Below are positions 1 to 12,156 of a DNA stretch of 64,000 nucleotides, piece after piece. The stretch covers positions 1-64,000 of the forward strand of contig NIVC01003676.1 in the NCBI GenBank assembly GCA_002269645.1, read 5' to 3'. Both the position numbers and the translations under genes were made by a program. Within the stretch, counting starts at the first letter, position 1. Every line of letters begins with the position of its first letter. This DNA is from Macrostomum lignano. Its lineage: Eukaryota. Below the pieces are notes generated by a model, which was not told the DNA's origin, searched no databases, and saw only the letters and a list, made by a program, of their open reading frames with translations.

Positions 1-2665
1 GGCCCGAAATTCAAGCCGCTCTGGCGGAGCTGGACGACGTCAGGGAGAACATCCGGACTGCAGGAACGCTCCTAACATCAGTCAGGCGGAGGCGAAGGAC
101 TGCGAGATCTACGGGCAGACAAGTCCATCGTCATCAAGCCGGCCGACAAGGGCAGCGCTGGTCATCCTGGACCGGCAGGACTATGTCCGTGAATGCCTGC
201 GTCAGCTGGACGACCCGGCCTTCTACCGGCCTCTGAACGAGGCATCAACCGCTTCACGGCCCAGAGAATCCGCGCGCCGTCTTCCAGTCGCTACTGACGC
301 AGCAGGCTTATCGACAAACGCCAGTTCACGCGCCTTCTGCCCGAAGGAGGAGTTCCGGACGCGACGCTTTTACATCCTGCCAAAGATTCACAAGCCTGCC
401 GAGTCGTGCCGCTCGGCGACATCCCGGCCAGGCCGGCCCATCGTGTCTGACGTGGACAGCGAATCATATGCCAGCGGCCGCTTCATCGACAGCTTCCTGC
501 AGCCGATCGTCATCCAGCTGCCCAGCTTCATCAGGATACCGATCATTTCCAGGCGGCCATCAGAGACATCACCTGCACGGCGCGGGGCGAGACCTTTCTG
601 TTCACCATGGACGTCGCCAGCCTTTACACTAACATCCGGACGCGCGGCCGGACTCGAGTGCGTACAGAGGGCCTTCAGAGAGCACCCGGACGCCCGGCGC
701 CGGACGCGAGCCTCCTCAGTTTGCTCAAGCTGAACCTGGAGCGCAACGACTTCGAGTTCGATGGAAAATTTTTTCTGCAAGTGAAAGGCACGGCCATGGG
801 AAAATCGTTTGCGCCAGCTACAGTAACATCTACATGGGCTACTGGGAGCAGCGGGGCCTGGAGCTCAGCCCGCAGAAGCCCGCCCTGTGGCTGCGCTACA
901 TCGACGACATCTTCGGCGTCTGGCACGGAACGAGAGACGAGCTGGTCCGCTTCCACGAGCTCCTGGATGGCCTCGACCCGCACATCAGGTTGCAGCTGAG
1001 CTACAGCAGCACCGAGGTCAACTTCCTGGATACCACCGTCTTCTGGGACCGCGAGGGTGACGTTAAGCGCCTGGCAACTAAGGTGTATTTTAAGCCGACC
1101 GACAGCCGAACGCTCATTCACCGGACTCTTTCCACCCGAAGCGGACGTTCCGGGGCGTGGTGAAGTCCCAGCTCCTCAGATACGCCCGGCGGTGTTCCCT
1201 GATGGCCGATTTCGACGCAGCGTGCACCGGGCTGTTTTCAAGTCTGGTGCAACACCAGGGCTACAATCGGCGGTTCCTGCGCACGATCAAGTACGAGATG
1301 CTGACGGAGCTGGGCTTCTACCCGACGAGACGGTGGGAATTCGGCTTTCTGCCGTGCAACCCGACCCGGCTGTGCAGGTGCTGCCAGGCGCACGCCAGGT
1401 TCGCCTCCGTCTGCCCCGGATCAGCAGCCACGACAGTCCAGCTCATCATCAGTCAGCGGATCGACTGCAACGCCACCAACGCCGTCTATGCCGTGTTCTG
1501 CGCGCGGTGCGACCACACGATCTACGTAGGCGAGACCGCCAACAGCATCCGCGGCCGCATGCTGGCGCACATCGGCGACATCCGGCACGCCCGCGACACT
1601 CCGGTGGCCCGCCATTTCACCAGTGATGGCCACAGTCTGGCGGACTTCGCCTTCACCGCATCTGGTCTCGTGACGGCACGGGACCAGAGCGAACGACGGC
1701 GGCAGCGCCACGAGGCCAAGCTCATCGAGGTGTTAAGGACTCAAACCCCGCACGGCGTCAACGAGCTTGCCGGCACGCTGCACAACCCGGCCATCCCGCT
1801 GATCCTGCCCATTGTGCGAGGTCGGACGCCCTGGTGGCCGCGGTGAAGGACCGCGTGGCCCGGTGCTGCGAGGCCCGCGGTGCTGCCCGCCTACACCAAA
1901 GGGCGGAACCTCCGGCAGCTGCTCTGTCCCAGTCGACTGGAGTCCACCACTGATTGATTTTTTTTATTTTTTCCTTTTGATTTTTTACTTCACTTTCCCT
2001 ACTACTTACCTTTGTCAGACCGTGCCGATACCTACCAAGCCTTTTATTGCTCCTTTCTTAGAAATTTTTTTATTCTCATCGCTAGCCCAAGCACAGCTTT
2101 TGTATATTCTCAGCTTTTATTCTGCATCAACATTTCTATTGTTTCTTGACACCCTGTACTTTTTATTACACTTTTTTCTTTTACTCTTTTGCTTATCGTA
2201 CAATTGCTCTTTTTTAAGTTTTTGAGGGCCTTTCACCTTATTTATTTATTTATTGATTTACTGCTTATTTATTTATTGAGGTCAATTTTGTAAAGTGCTT
2301 AGAGTCACTCTTTCCCCTTTTTAGACACCGGTGCAGTCGCACTATTCCATTATTTATTTCGTGTGTAGGATCGCTGCAGCCCACGTGCGGTTCACTTTAT
2401 TTGTGCAGTTTTTATTTTGCATTTTCAACTCTAATAGTGTTTTATCGACTCACACCAAGTGTACATACCGTACGCTCTCTATCTACCTGCCTACTCTCTC
2501 TCCCCTCTAACCGCCTATTTAATAACTTTTACAACACCACTTGTCGCTACTTTTCACTTGCCCTGACGAAGAATTTACCTAATTCGAAATATCGGCAACT
2601 TAAATCATCTTGACTTGTTTGTCCTTTTTACATGTACCGCGTCCGTGCCTGAGATTGGAGGCGCC
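1..2665 (+). mobile_element. Penelope-like retroelement (RT + Cys-rich knuckle + GIY-YIG endonuclease), 5'-truncated by the window edge and frameshifted; T-rich 3' region/pseudo-LTR carries a hammerhead
   Basis: Reading across several single-base frameshifts gives IVIKPADKG..VILDRQDYVRECLRQLDD (~125-225), FYILPKIHK (~368-395), SLYTNI (~620), LQVKGTAMG (~775-800), RYIDDIF (YIDD at 897-908), VNFLDT, VYFKPTDS, GFLPC..C..C, VYAVFC..C..IYVGET (~1484-1537) and the PHGVNE end motif. The coding remnant ends near 1957. Confidence 0.93.
2558..2598 (+). ncRNA. Minimal type I hammerhead ribozyme (PLE-associated, probably dimer-dependent)
   Basis: TTGCC-CTGACGA-A-GAATT(TACCT)AATTC-GAAA-TATC-GGCAA. Helix I has 5 bp, the core is CUGAnGA/GAAA, helix II has 5 bp, and helix III is reduced to the palindrome AUAU. 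Predicted cleavage after AUC at 2593. Confidence 0.8.
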
Positions 2666-3327
<662 letters not shown>

Positions 3328-3338
3328 TGTTCGGCCTA

Positions 3339-3376
3339 GGCCTAATGAAGAGCCGAGAGGCTTAAAACCGGTTGCC
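3339..3376 (+). ncRNA. Degenerate minimal hammerhead (core mutated)
   Basis: GGC-CTAATGA-A-GAGCC(GAGA)GGCTT-AAAA-CCGG-TT-GCC. Hammerhead geometry with palindromic ACCGGT stem III; two G>A changes in the core (CTGATGA>CTAATGA, GAAA>AAAA). Confidence 0.55.
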
Positions 3377-3912
3377 AACTCAATACACATCTCCTCTCCT
3401 CTCTTCTATTATCTCTCTCTTTCTCTCTCCCCCTCTCTCTCTCTCTTTGAGACAAGGCATTCACTTCAACTTACGCGGAGTGCCGGGCAAGAGTCTTAAA
3501 GATTACAATAGTTTCCATCTTGCAGAGGCACTTCCTTTTCTTAAAAGGTGGTCTTTAGTCTGCTTTAAGTTTCGCCAAAGCCAAAGCCAAAGAAGCAAAA
3601 ACTGCTTTGTTCTCCCCGAGACAAGAGCCTCGTGTTAGGCACTTTGTTGAACAATAGTTCATAAATAATTCATTTGGCGTTTCTACGCTTTCCACCCTGG
3701 CACTTGACTCTCCTTTACACAAGTAGAAACCGGCTGAAACAAGTTGGAGTAAAAATACTGACAAATTCGGAAATTTTACAGTTTAGAAGTTGATAGAAAT
3801 TTTGGCTACTAGCTTGATAAATATAGCTGTTTTGGTGTCTCAGTGTATTTGAACGTTTGTTCATGGTTTTCAAAGGCTATCTTTAACAAGCGTTTATTAA
3901 TTATTAATAGAC

Positions 3913-4590
3913 AACTTGTGTGATACAAGCCCTCACTAATAGACAGCAGATGTGACACAAGCACTCACTAATAGACAACAGATGTGACACAAGCACTCAC
4001 TAATAAACAGCAGATGTGACACAAGCGCTCACTAAAAGAGATGTGACACAAGCACTCACTAATATACAACAGGTGTGACACACAAGCACTCACTAATAGA
4101 CAACAGGTGTGACACACAAGCACTCACTAATAGACAACAGGTGTGACACACAAGCACTCACTAATAGACAACAGGTGTGACACACAAGCACTCACTAATA
4201 GACAACAGGTGTGACACACAAGCACTCACTAATAGACAACAGGTGTGACACACAAGCACTCACTAATAGACAACAGGTGTGACACACAAGCACTCACTAA
4301 TAGACAACAGGTGTGACACACAAGCACTCACTAATAGACAACAGGTGTGACACACAAGCACTCACTAATAGACAACAGGTGTGACACACAAGCACTCACT
4401 AATAGACAACAGGTGTGACACACAAGCCCTCACTAATAGACAACAGGTGTGACACACAAGCACTCACTAATAGACAACAGGTGTGACACACAAGCCCTCA
4501 CTAATAGACAACAGATGTGACACACAAGCGCTCACTAATAAACAACAGATGTGACACAAGCACTCACTAATAGACAACAGATGTGAAACA
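3913..4590. repeat. 34-bp minisatellite (AAGCACTCACTAATAGACAACAGGTGTGACACAC); second array at ~31655-31980
   Basis: Directly visible tandem units. Confidence 0.97.
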
Positions 4591-4799
4591 AGTGCGCACT
4601 TATGACACAAAGGAGAAATATAGAAATCGATTTTTTCGAATTCAATATCATTGATAGAAAAATACCTAGATAGATAGATACAACTCATTATCATCAGAGT
4701 AGACTTGCTACAAAAAGTATGAAAAATTATCGAGCTCGAATTCACCGTCCAACAGATGCAAAATATTCATCAACTCGTTTATCTCTTGCACTTAAGATC

Positions 4800-5380
4800 C
4801 AGGGGTGTCGCCATGGATTTGATGGTGGGGGGACAATGCCGAAAATCCTGCATGTACACTATTTAAAAAATCGGTGTTGTCAGCGTCATTTTGGCACCGC
4901 AGGCACTCAATTTAGCGCCACAGGCACTCATTTTAGCGCCGCAGGCACTCATTTTGGTGCCGCAGGCACTCATTTTAGCGCCGCAGACACTCATTTTAGC
5001 GCCGCAGACACTCATTTTAGCGCCGCAGGCACTCATTTTGGCGCCACAGGCACTCATTTTGGCGCCGCAGACACTCATTTTAGCGCCGCAGACACTCATT
5101 TTAGCGCCGCAGACACTCATTTTAGCGCCGCAGACACTCATTTTAGCGCCGCAGGCACTCATTTTGGCGCCACAGGCACTCATTTTGGCGCCGCAGACAC
5201 TCATTTTAGCGCCGCAGACACTCATTTTTGCGCCGCAGACAAGCCCTCAAGCAAAATTATTGATTTCCACAACGGTTCACAAGGTTGGGGGGGACACAAA
5301 GCATCGGCATGTTCCCCCATAGTTTTTTCTAGGGTCGGACATATCCCCCCTGTCCCCTACCCTCGGTGGCGACGCCCCTG
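4800..5380. mobile_element. MITE with GC-rich TIR (CAGGGG(T/C)GTCGCCA), hAT-like ends, containing a 21-bp minisatellite (~4888-5240)
   Basis: CAGGGGTGTCGCCA at 4800 and TGGCGACGCCCCTG ending at 5380. A shorter copy sits at the paralogous site (~32023-32135) and a reversed partial copy at ~62898-63180. No TSD found. Confidence 0.6.
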
Positions 5381-5519
5381 CCCCCCCCTCCCAATAAGTA
5401 CATGTAGCTCGTAAATACGCGTTTTACAGATATTGTGCGGTAATTACTTAGTGGTTATTTAAAATTTGAAAAATAGTATATATAGAGAGAGACAGTAACA
5501 TTTTCTAGCATTAAGATAG

Positions 5520-6177
5520 CATTTTATAGCGACACATTAGCCACAGATTACCAACAAATTAGCAACAGATTAGCAACAGACTAGCAACACATTAGCAACA
5601 CATTAGCAAGACATTATCAAAAGATTAGCAACACATTAGCAACAGATTAGCAACACATTACCAAAAGATTAGCAACAGATTAGCAACACATTAGCAACAC
5701 ATTAGCAACAGGTTAGCAACAGATAAGCAACAGATTAGCAACACATTACCAAAAAAGCAAACAGATTAGCAAAACATTAGCAACAGATAAGCAACAGATT
5801 AGCAACACATTAGCAACACATTAGCAACAGATTAGCAACAGATTAGCAACAGATTAGCAACAGATAAGCAACAGATTAGCAACACATTAGCAACACATTA
5901 GCAACAGATAAGCAACAGATTAGCAACAGATTAGCAACAGATTAGCAACAGATTAGCAACACATTAGCAACACATTAGCAACAGATAAGCAACACATTAG
6001 CAACACATTAGCAACAGATAAGCAACAGATTAGCAACAGATTAGCAACAGATTAGCAACAAATTAGCAACAGATTAGCAACAGATTAGCAACAGATTAGC
6101 AACAGATTAGCAACAGATTAGCAACACATTAGCAACACATTAGCAACAGATTAGCAACAAATTAGCAACAGATTATC
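5520..6177. repeat. 11-bp minisatellite (TTAGCAACAGA); paralogous array at ~34140-34400
   Basis: Directly visible; lies just 3' of each lectin gene. Confidence 0.97.
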
Positions 6178-6270
6178 TGATTGTTATTTGAACTCCATTA
6201 TTATAAATTTTGTTAGTCCTCCGATGCAAATCTTCTCGTCTCACACTTATAGCCAAGACTGGCAGGCTTC

Positions 6271-9200
6271 TTAGTAGGTGTACAGAGCCAAAAGCATGGC
6301 ATCAGCATTGCCGGCCACAGCAGCAAAGCTGCTCGGAATGACCGTTGACTGAAACAGCCAGCATTCGAGTGTGGCAGTCCTGAACAGGACGAACAGGCAG
6401 TTGGTCATCTGCGAGCAGCGCAGCAGGCATTCAATATCCGACCTCATTTGAGTCAGAGCAGCAATAAGGCTGGTCGATGTCATCGAATAGCTTGGTTGGA
6501 TTGCATTGGCAACGACTTCGTTGTCCGGGACGGCTAAAAAAATGATTATTTCATTTATTAGAATTGACAGCTGAGCAAAAACACATTATTAAAGAATGGC
6601 AACATTAGTGTATCCCCAGTTGCACTGGTGCAGCAGGCTTTGGTTTAATTGTTTATTTCATTTATAGCATTTTGCAGTCAAGTTTGAACTGCGGGCATTC
6701 AAATTAGACAAGAAGGGAAGAGCCAAATTTCAGAATCCGTCCCCAAGTCAAGCAGAACTTTATGTCTGTGGCACAAACTGAAACACACTGACGGGCACTC
6801 AATTTAGACAACGGGCATTCAAATTAGACAAGCAGCGGAAAGTCTATGTGTGCCAGAGAGAAAGACCATGGACAATCCGATTCGTCGCTATGCAAGAATT
6901 TCCAGAGAGAAGCGTGACCTCATTATTGGGGCATGCCAACGTGGTGACTCTGTGGCTGAAATTGCCAACATGTTGGATGTCAAGAGATCATCAGTGTACA
7001 ACAGACGCAACACGATCTTGAATTGCCCAGCCAATGCGCCTGAGAACTTGTCTAATTTGAATGCCCCTTGTCTAAATTGAGTGCCCACCAGTGTGATTTT
7101 GTCTAGGCCATAGATAGCATTTGTGCCAGCAGTGAGATCTGGTCAAGCGTCTAATTTGAATGCCCGCAGTTCAAACTTGACTGCAAAATGCTATAGTTGA
7201 AACTCAGTCTATGGCAATAAATGTTTGTATAGCTTTAGCACTGGTATAAATTGGGAATATATACCATTTCTCTCCCTTATAGAAGAACCAAGACATTGGC
7301 CATAGACAATCAAATTGGGCATGTGCAGTTAATAATAAAACAAAGTTCATCATCTGAAAACAGCAGCTTCATTACGGGCGCATTAGCCATAGACTATAAG
7401 CTCCTGTAGCATTTCATGAAAAATATAATGTAAGGCATATGGAGGCATATTGTCCCATGACTGAGCGTGCGTTGAAAAAATTCTTCGTCACAGCACTGTA
7501 CTTTATTATCTGCACGCTTTTTGTTCCTGCAGCTAGGAGTTCCTACCATAGACATTTTCTTACTGACCATAGACAATTTCTTGCTATGCACAAGCTTCTG
7601 ATCGTGAGTTTGGCCCCATATGGATTCATTATTTCCTAACGGCATGAGAAGCGGCATGACGGCCGGTGAGATCTCCCACCATTTGGAGTGGGCCGACGTT
7701 GAGAAGCTTGTGGACGAGCAGTTACGTCTCCAAGCAACTAGTGTGGACGACAACGAGGAGCTGAACCGCCTATTCGACTCCATCCCTGATTTAAACGACG
7801 ACTTGGCCTGGATCGACCTTGACGCATCAATCTGGGCGCTGGAGCAAGAGACCGATGTCAAATCGTCTAAGAAGCATGAGGCTCAATACGTCGCGAAATT
7901 TTGGTGTTAAATTCTGCTGTGTTTTTCCCCTTTGTTTTAATAAACGTTGCTTGCAAACTGCTGTTTTTTGTGGCGCTGTACGCTATTATCTGCGCGCTTT
8001 TTCATTATCTGCACGCTTTTTCATTATCTGCACGCTTTTTTCATTATCTGCACGCTTTTTCATTATCTGCACGCTTTTTTCATTATCTGCACGCTTTTTC
8101 ATTATCTGCACGCTTTTTTCGTTTTCTGCACGCTTTTTCATTATCTGCACGCTTTTTTCATTATCTGCACGCTTTTTCATTATCTGCACGCTTTTTTCGT
8201 TTTCTGCACGCTTTTTTCGTTTTCTGCACGCTTTTTTGGCTACGCCGCATAAGGGTTGGGCCATAGACTGTAAGATTAATGCACGCTTTTTGGACCAAAA
8301 ACGCACGCTCAGTCATGGGACAGTATGAAATACATACTTCATCACTTGATTCAGCCACTCTCTCAACAGTGACTGCCGCTCAACAGGTTAATTCCCGATC
8401 TTAAATTTTAAATTCGATTCTTTTCGAATATCCTACTTACCCACGTAGACGTCAACCTCGCAGAAATTGAAGTAGACCTGAGTGCTGGCGGTCAGACCAG
8501 TTCGATTCTTGTACAGAGCCAGGTAGCGACCAACGACAGGGGACGAGCAGGTCAGGCTGATAGGATTTGTAGCATCGGTGGGCGCTCCAGTAAAGTAGAA
8601 ACAACGTTTGAATAGGTTCTCGCTGAAGCTGGACCAAGCGGCCGCGTCCGATGATATGCCTGCGAGTGGCAGGAGAATTTCGGTGAGCTAAAGCTGGTTG
8701 CAAATTTTATGGAGCATGGATTAAGATAGCAGAATTTTCCTACCTAGGAATGAGTCATCTTGTCGATATCTGTAATTTTTGTCCAAGCTACAGTGAGAAC
8801 TGTAAAATACTGAGAACTGTAATCCTGAGAACTGTAAAATCCCAAGAACTGTAAAATCCCGAGAACTTAGGACCTCAGGACTGCAATCCTGAGAACCGTA
8901 ATCCTGAGAACAGTAATCCTGAGAACTGCAATCCTGAGAAATGAGGACCTGAAGACTGTAATCCTTAGAAACTGTAACTTAAAAAATAGTACTGTGATGA
9001 TGGAAACAATGCCATTATCAGTCCTGTTTAAGAGAAACTTTCCTAGAAAGAAATTAAGACAACGAAAGCAGCTCAACTCACTCACCAAGGCTAATCTGGG
9101 TAAACCGAACCTCGTCCGCGCTATCCAGTCGGTTCCAGACATTGACCCCGGCGATTCGGTAGGACTGCAGCAGGTCCAGCATCCACCAGGGCACCGTGTC

Positions 9201-10893
9201 GCTGCCAGAGTTGCACACGCACTGAGCGGCGTTCACATAATGCCCATCAGTGTTGCCATTGTAGGCCAGCTCGGCAGACTGCACCGAAGTTAGCTGGGAC
9301 GAAATTTTTGCCGGTAGAAACTTCGGCATCAGGACGGTTCGAGCTGAGCGTTGGGACGAGTTGTGTCGTTATAGAATTTATGACCTTCTAGACTAAAGTC
9401 TTGCAGAGCCGACAGCTCAGCCGCAGCCATTGCACGGCGGATCTGAAGGCTGCGTACGGCTGTTCAGTCCAAGGACTGGGGAGGAAGGGTCGCCACACAC
9501 AGTCTCAATTACCCCAGCTAATGCTGGCACCCATTTTATAGCTGGTTGAACTGAAACAATGCAGATTTAAGCGTCTTGCTCAAGGACACAAGTTGTTCCC
9601 AGTGAGATTGAGAATCGAACCCCCGACTTTCGAGTCGTAAGGACTGACAATCAGAAAGTCAAGGGAGACTGTACATATGATAGCCAAGGACCACTAGAAG
9701 AAGATGGACGGGACACTTCGTTTCTTGGAAAATTTATTAAAGGCTGATTTTCACGGAAAAATGCACTAGCGAGATAGGAACTTTTCACTTTTTCCACTTT
9801 AAAATGGTGATAGCTTTTTATTAGAAGCAGATACAAAGCTCTTCTTTTGATATAACTTACAAAACATGTTGCTTCGACGGATTTAATAAAGATTTTTTTC
9901 ATGAATAATTGATCTTCATATTATTTTAGTTACTAGCTATATATCATGCAGCAATATAGTCTAAAGCTAACTAGTGACTAACTTGAATTTTACAATATCT
10001 GTTTAATCGAATGCATCTATTTATTAGCAATATATCATTAAAAAACTGTTGGCTATAATTATATGCCCAATTCACTGCTTATTCATTATAGTTTTATACT
10101 TTTTATATAAAATAAGTGTATTTAAATATGTAGCTACCTTAGATATACTACTAGCTATGCCTAGACCTGGGCATATAATTATAGCCAACAGTTTTTTAAT
10201 GATATATTGCTAATAAATAGATGCATTCGATTAAACAGATATTGTAAAATTCAAGTTAGTCACTAGTTAGCTTTAGACTATATTGCTGCATGATATAGCT
10301 AGCTAGTAACTAAAAGTCTAAAATAATATGAAGATCAATTATTCATGAAAAAATCTTGATAAAATCCGTCGAAGCAACATGTTTTGTAAGTTATATCAAA
10401 AGAAGAGCTTTGTATCTGCTTCTAATAAACAGCTATCACCATTTAAAAGTGAAAAAAGTGAAAAGTTCCTATCTCGCTAGTGCATTTTTCCGTGAAAATC
10501 AGCCTTTTAATAAATTTTCCAAGAAACGAAGTGTCCCGTCCTTTTTCTTTTAGTGTTCCTTGATGATAGCTCGTATATCAGTGGTAAGCCGCGAATGGGC
10601 ATGACAGAGACTTTGGCCATAGACTACGCCTGTCTATGTCCATAGTTTCGTATTGATAGGCTGAGTCGCATTCTGAGTCTTCAATCATAGTCTATGGCCA
10701 TGTTCTTATTAACACCGCTCGTGGGGGAGCGTATAAGGGGGAACCTCGTTTGGTTTGACAGTTAATTCTCATTTAGATCGTCAAAAGCGATGCAACGACT
10801 AGATAGCTAGCTGTAAAAAATGATAAACTCACCGTCCAGACAGACGAAAGAAATATTTAACAAAGTAAACAGAAGCAGAACGAGTTTCTCCAT
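6271..10893 (-). CDS. Secreted F-type lectin (fucolectin/FTP, F5/8-type-C fold) + PAN/Apple domain protein, copy A, 4 exons, 266 aa
   Basis: Exons 10893-10833 (signal peptide MEKLVLLLFTLLNISFVCLD, donor GTGAGT), 9343-9086 (NGNTDGHY..PWWMLDL..VNVWNRLD), 8659-8441 (CSSPVVGRYL..FNFCEVDVYV, donor GTAAGT) and 6533-6271 (ECLLRCSQMTNCLFVLF..ECWLF). All introns are GT-AG phase 1. The total of 801 nt is open. Confidence 0.85.
6663..7195 (+). mobile_element. Internally deleted Tc1/mariner-IS630-type element (~47-bp TIR, TA-flanked) retaining an HTH fragment
   Basis: TATAGCATTTTGCAGTCAAGTTTGAACTGCGGGCATTCAAATTAGAC at 6663-6709 and its exact reverse complement at 7149-7195. Subterminal GGGCATTCAAATTAGACAA repeats. 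ORF 6850-7080 reads RDLIIGACQRGDSVAEIANMLDVKRSSVYN (HTH). Confidence 0.8.
7450..8323. mobile_element. TA-flanked MITE with ~24-bp TIR, internal 20-bp minisatellite (~7985-8237) and an acidic ORF fragment (7620-7910)
   Basis: TGTCCCATGACTGAGCGTGCGTT (7451) and AACGCACGCTCAGTCATGGGACA (to 8322). Absent at the paralogous position (~37125-37145). Confidence 0.7.
8795..8980. repeat. 15-bp minisatellite (GAGAACTGTAATCCT) in lectin intron 2; paralogous array at ~37605-37745
   Basis: Directly visible. Confidence 0.9.
9408..9640 (-). mobile_element. tRNA-derived SINE copy, 5'-truncated, same family as 13931-14223
   Basis: Reverse complement matches the 13931 copy (B box GGTTCGATTC, GTGTCCTTGAGCAAGAC central domain, CAGCCGTACGCAGCCTTCAG tail). 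Confidence 0.8.
9685..10562. mobile_element. Foldback MITE with ~385-bp TIRs and 8-bp TSD (P- or hAT-superfamily type)
   Basis: Arms 9685-10069 and 10168-10562 are reverse complements; termini CAAGGA...TCCTTG; ATGATAGC duplicated at 9677-9684 and 10563-10570. Confidence 0.88.
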
Positions 10894-11164
10894 GACGAGC
10901 AGGGGCTGCAATTAGAGCTGAGTTGGGCTGTCTGTCTATCAGCTGAAAAGAGAAGAGTAGGCTTAGTTTAAGAAAGGCTTCGCCCCAACTAGGCCTTAGC
11001 AACTATTTGTTGTTAGGCTTTCTAACAAACTATCTTTCTGTCCGTAAGATCTTTCATGAGGTCTTCAACCCCATCTAGCATTGGCCTACCAATGATGGGC
11101 AGGTATAGGAAATGCAGAGTACATTTACAGTGTTGTGTAAACCCGTCTGTTGAGGGATTATGTA

Positions 11165-11230
11165 GAGATTATAGCCTAGTGGTTAGAGCGTCGGACTCAC
11201 GACTGGAAAGTCGGGGGTTCGATTCGCGTT
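11165..11230 (+). mobile_element. Isolated tRNA-like SINE head (A and B boxes)
   Basis: TAGCCTAGTGGTTAGAGCG...GGTTCGATTC, similar to the 13931 SINE head; no tRNA acceptor stem. Confidence 0.6.
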
Positions 11231-11779
11231 GCGTGTCGCCGACTGTGCGACAATGTCACTTAAAGTCCCGTTCCTAATGAAAAATTTGACTGCCTATCAA
11301 ATATTCAAAAAATACAAAATATATATTTCCAACATTTCCAAATCGTAGATAGGTTAAGGAAGTTAAACATCAAGAGCTGGTATAGACATAAAGTATTGAA
11401 TGATTGCATAAAAGTTGGGAGAGAGACGAAGGCTAATTTTTTGTAAGTAACACGCCGATGACGAGTACTGGGAGTCTGTGTTGACTTCTCCTAGCCCACC
11501 TGCCCCTACTGCTATGTGCCAGTATCATTTTCTCATGGAGTCCGCTATGGAAATTTGTCTTATAATTTAGCAACAGCATTCACCTAAAAGCTCTGTAACC
11601 AATAGCAACAAAAACCTGTCCTATACACTCTCTTCGCAGGAAAGAATTTCCTCAAACATTTTTTTATTAAGAGCCCGCGCTACTGAAAGGGGGCCTCAGG
11701 CGCTCTCAAAAGACTTCTACTCAGCTAAAAAAGTCTTGAATCCTACCCCAAGCGTATCCACGCATCTGACGTACTGTGC

Positions 11780-12156
11780 TCTCTGGGATTTGGTCGGCAG
11801 TTTTCTTGGTGACAATCTACTCGGAGCCTCGGCGACTGAGCCTGCAGCCATTTGCTCGGCTTCGTCTGCCAGTTCGTGGAGCCGCCTGCCGCAACCAAGT
11901 CAGCCGGCTGCTGGACTCCAGCTGAGTTCAAGATCGAACCCGGAACGACACTTACTACTGCTACGATGAGCTGCAGCCGGTGGACTCGCTGAAAGCCTGC
12001 CTGATACGAGCCTCCCTGTGTGGCAGCAGGTGCCGCAGCGCTCTGCGTACAACAGCCGGCTGGCCGCCTGCCGCCTGCTGCAGTTCGCCGACGCTCCGGT
12101 CGACCCGAAAATCGAGAGCAGCCTGGACTTGGTCAAGCTGGTCGGGGGCTGAGTGG
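11780..12156 (+). pseudogene. Unidentified decayed coding-like fragment
   Basis: GC-rich and codon-like. One in-frame TGA and one frameshift are needed to read NDTYYCYDELQPVDSLKAC / VWQQVPQRSAYNSRLAACRLLQFADAPVDPKIESSLDLVKLVGG*. Family not recognised. Confidence 0.3.

Noticed and set aside
11165-11230. tRNA gene
   Set aside because: A and B boxes are present but there is no acceptor stem; it matches the SINE head at 13931.
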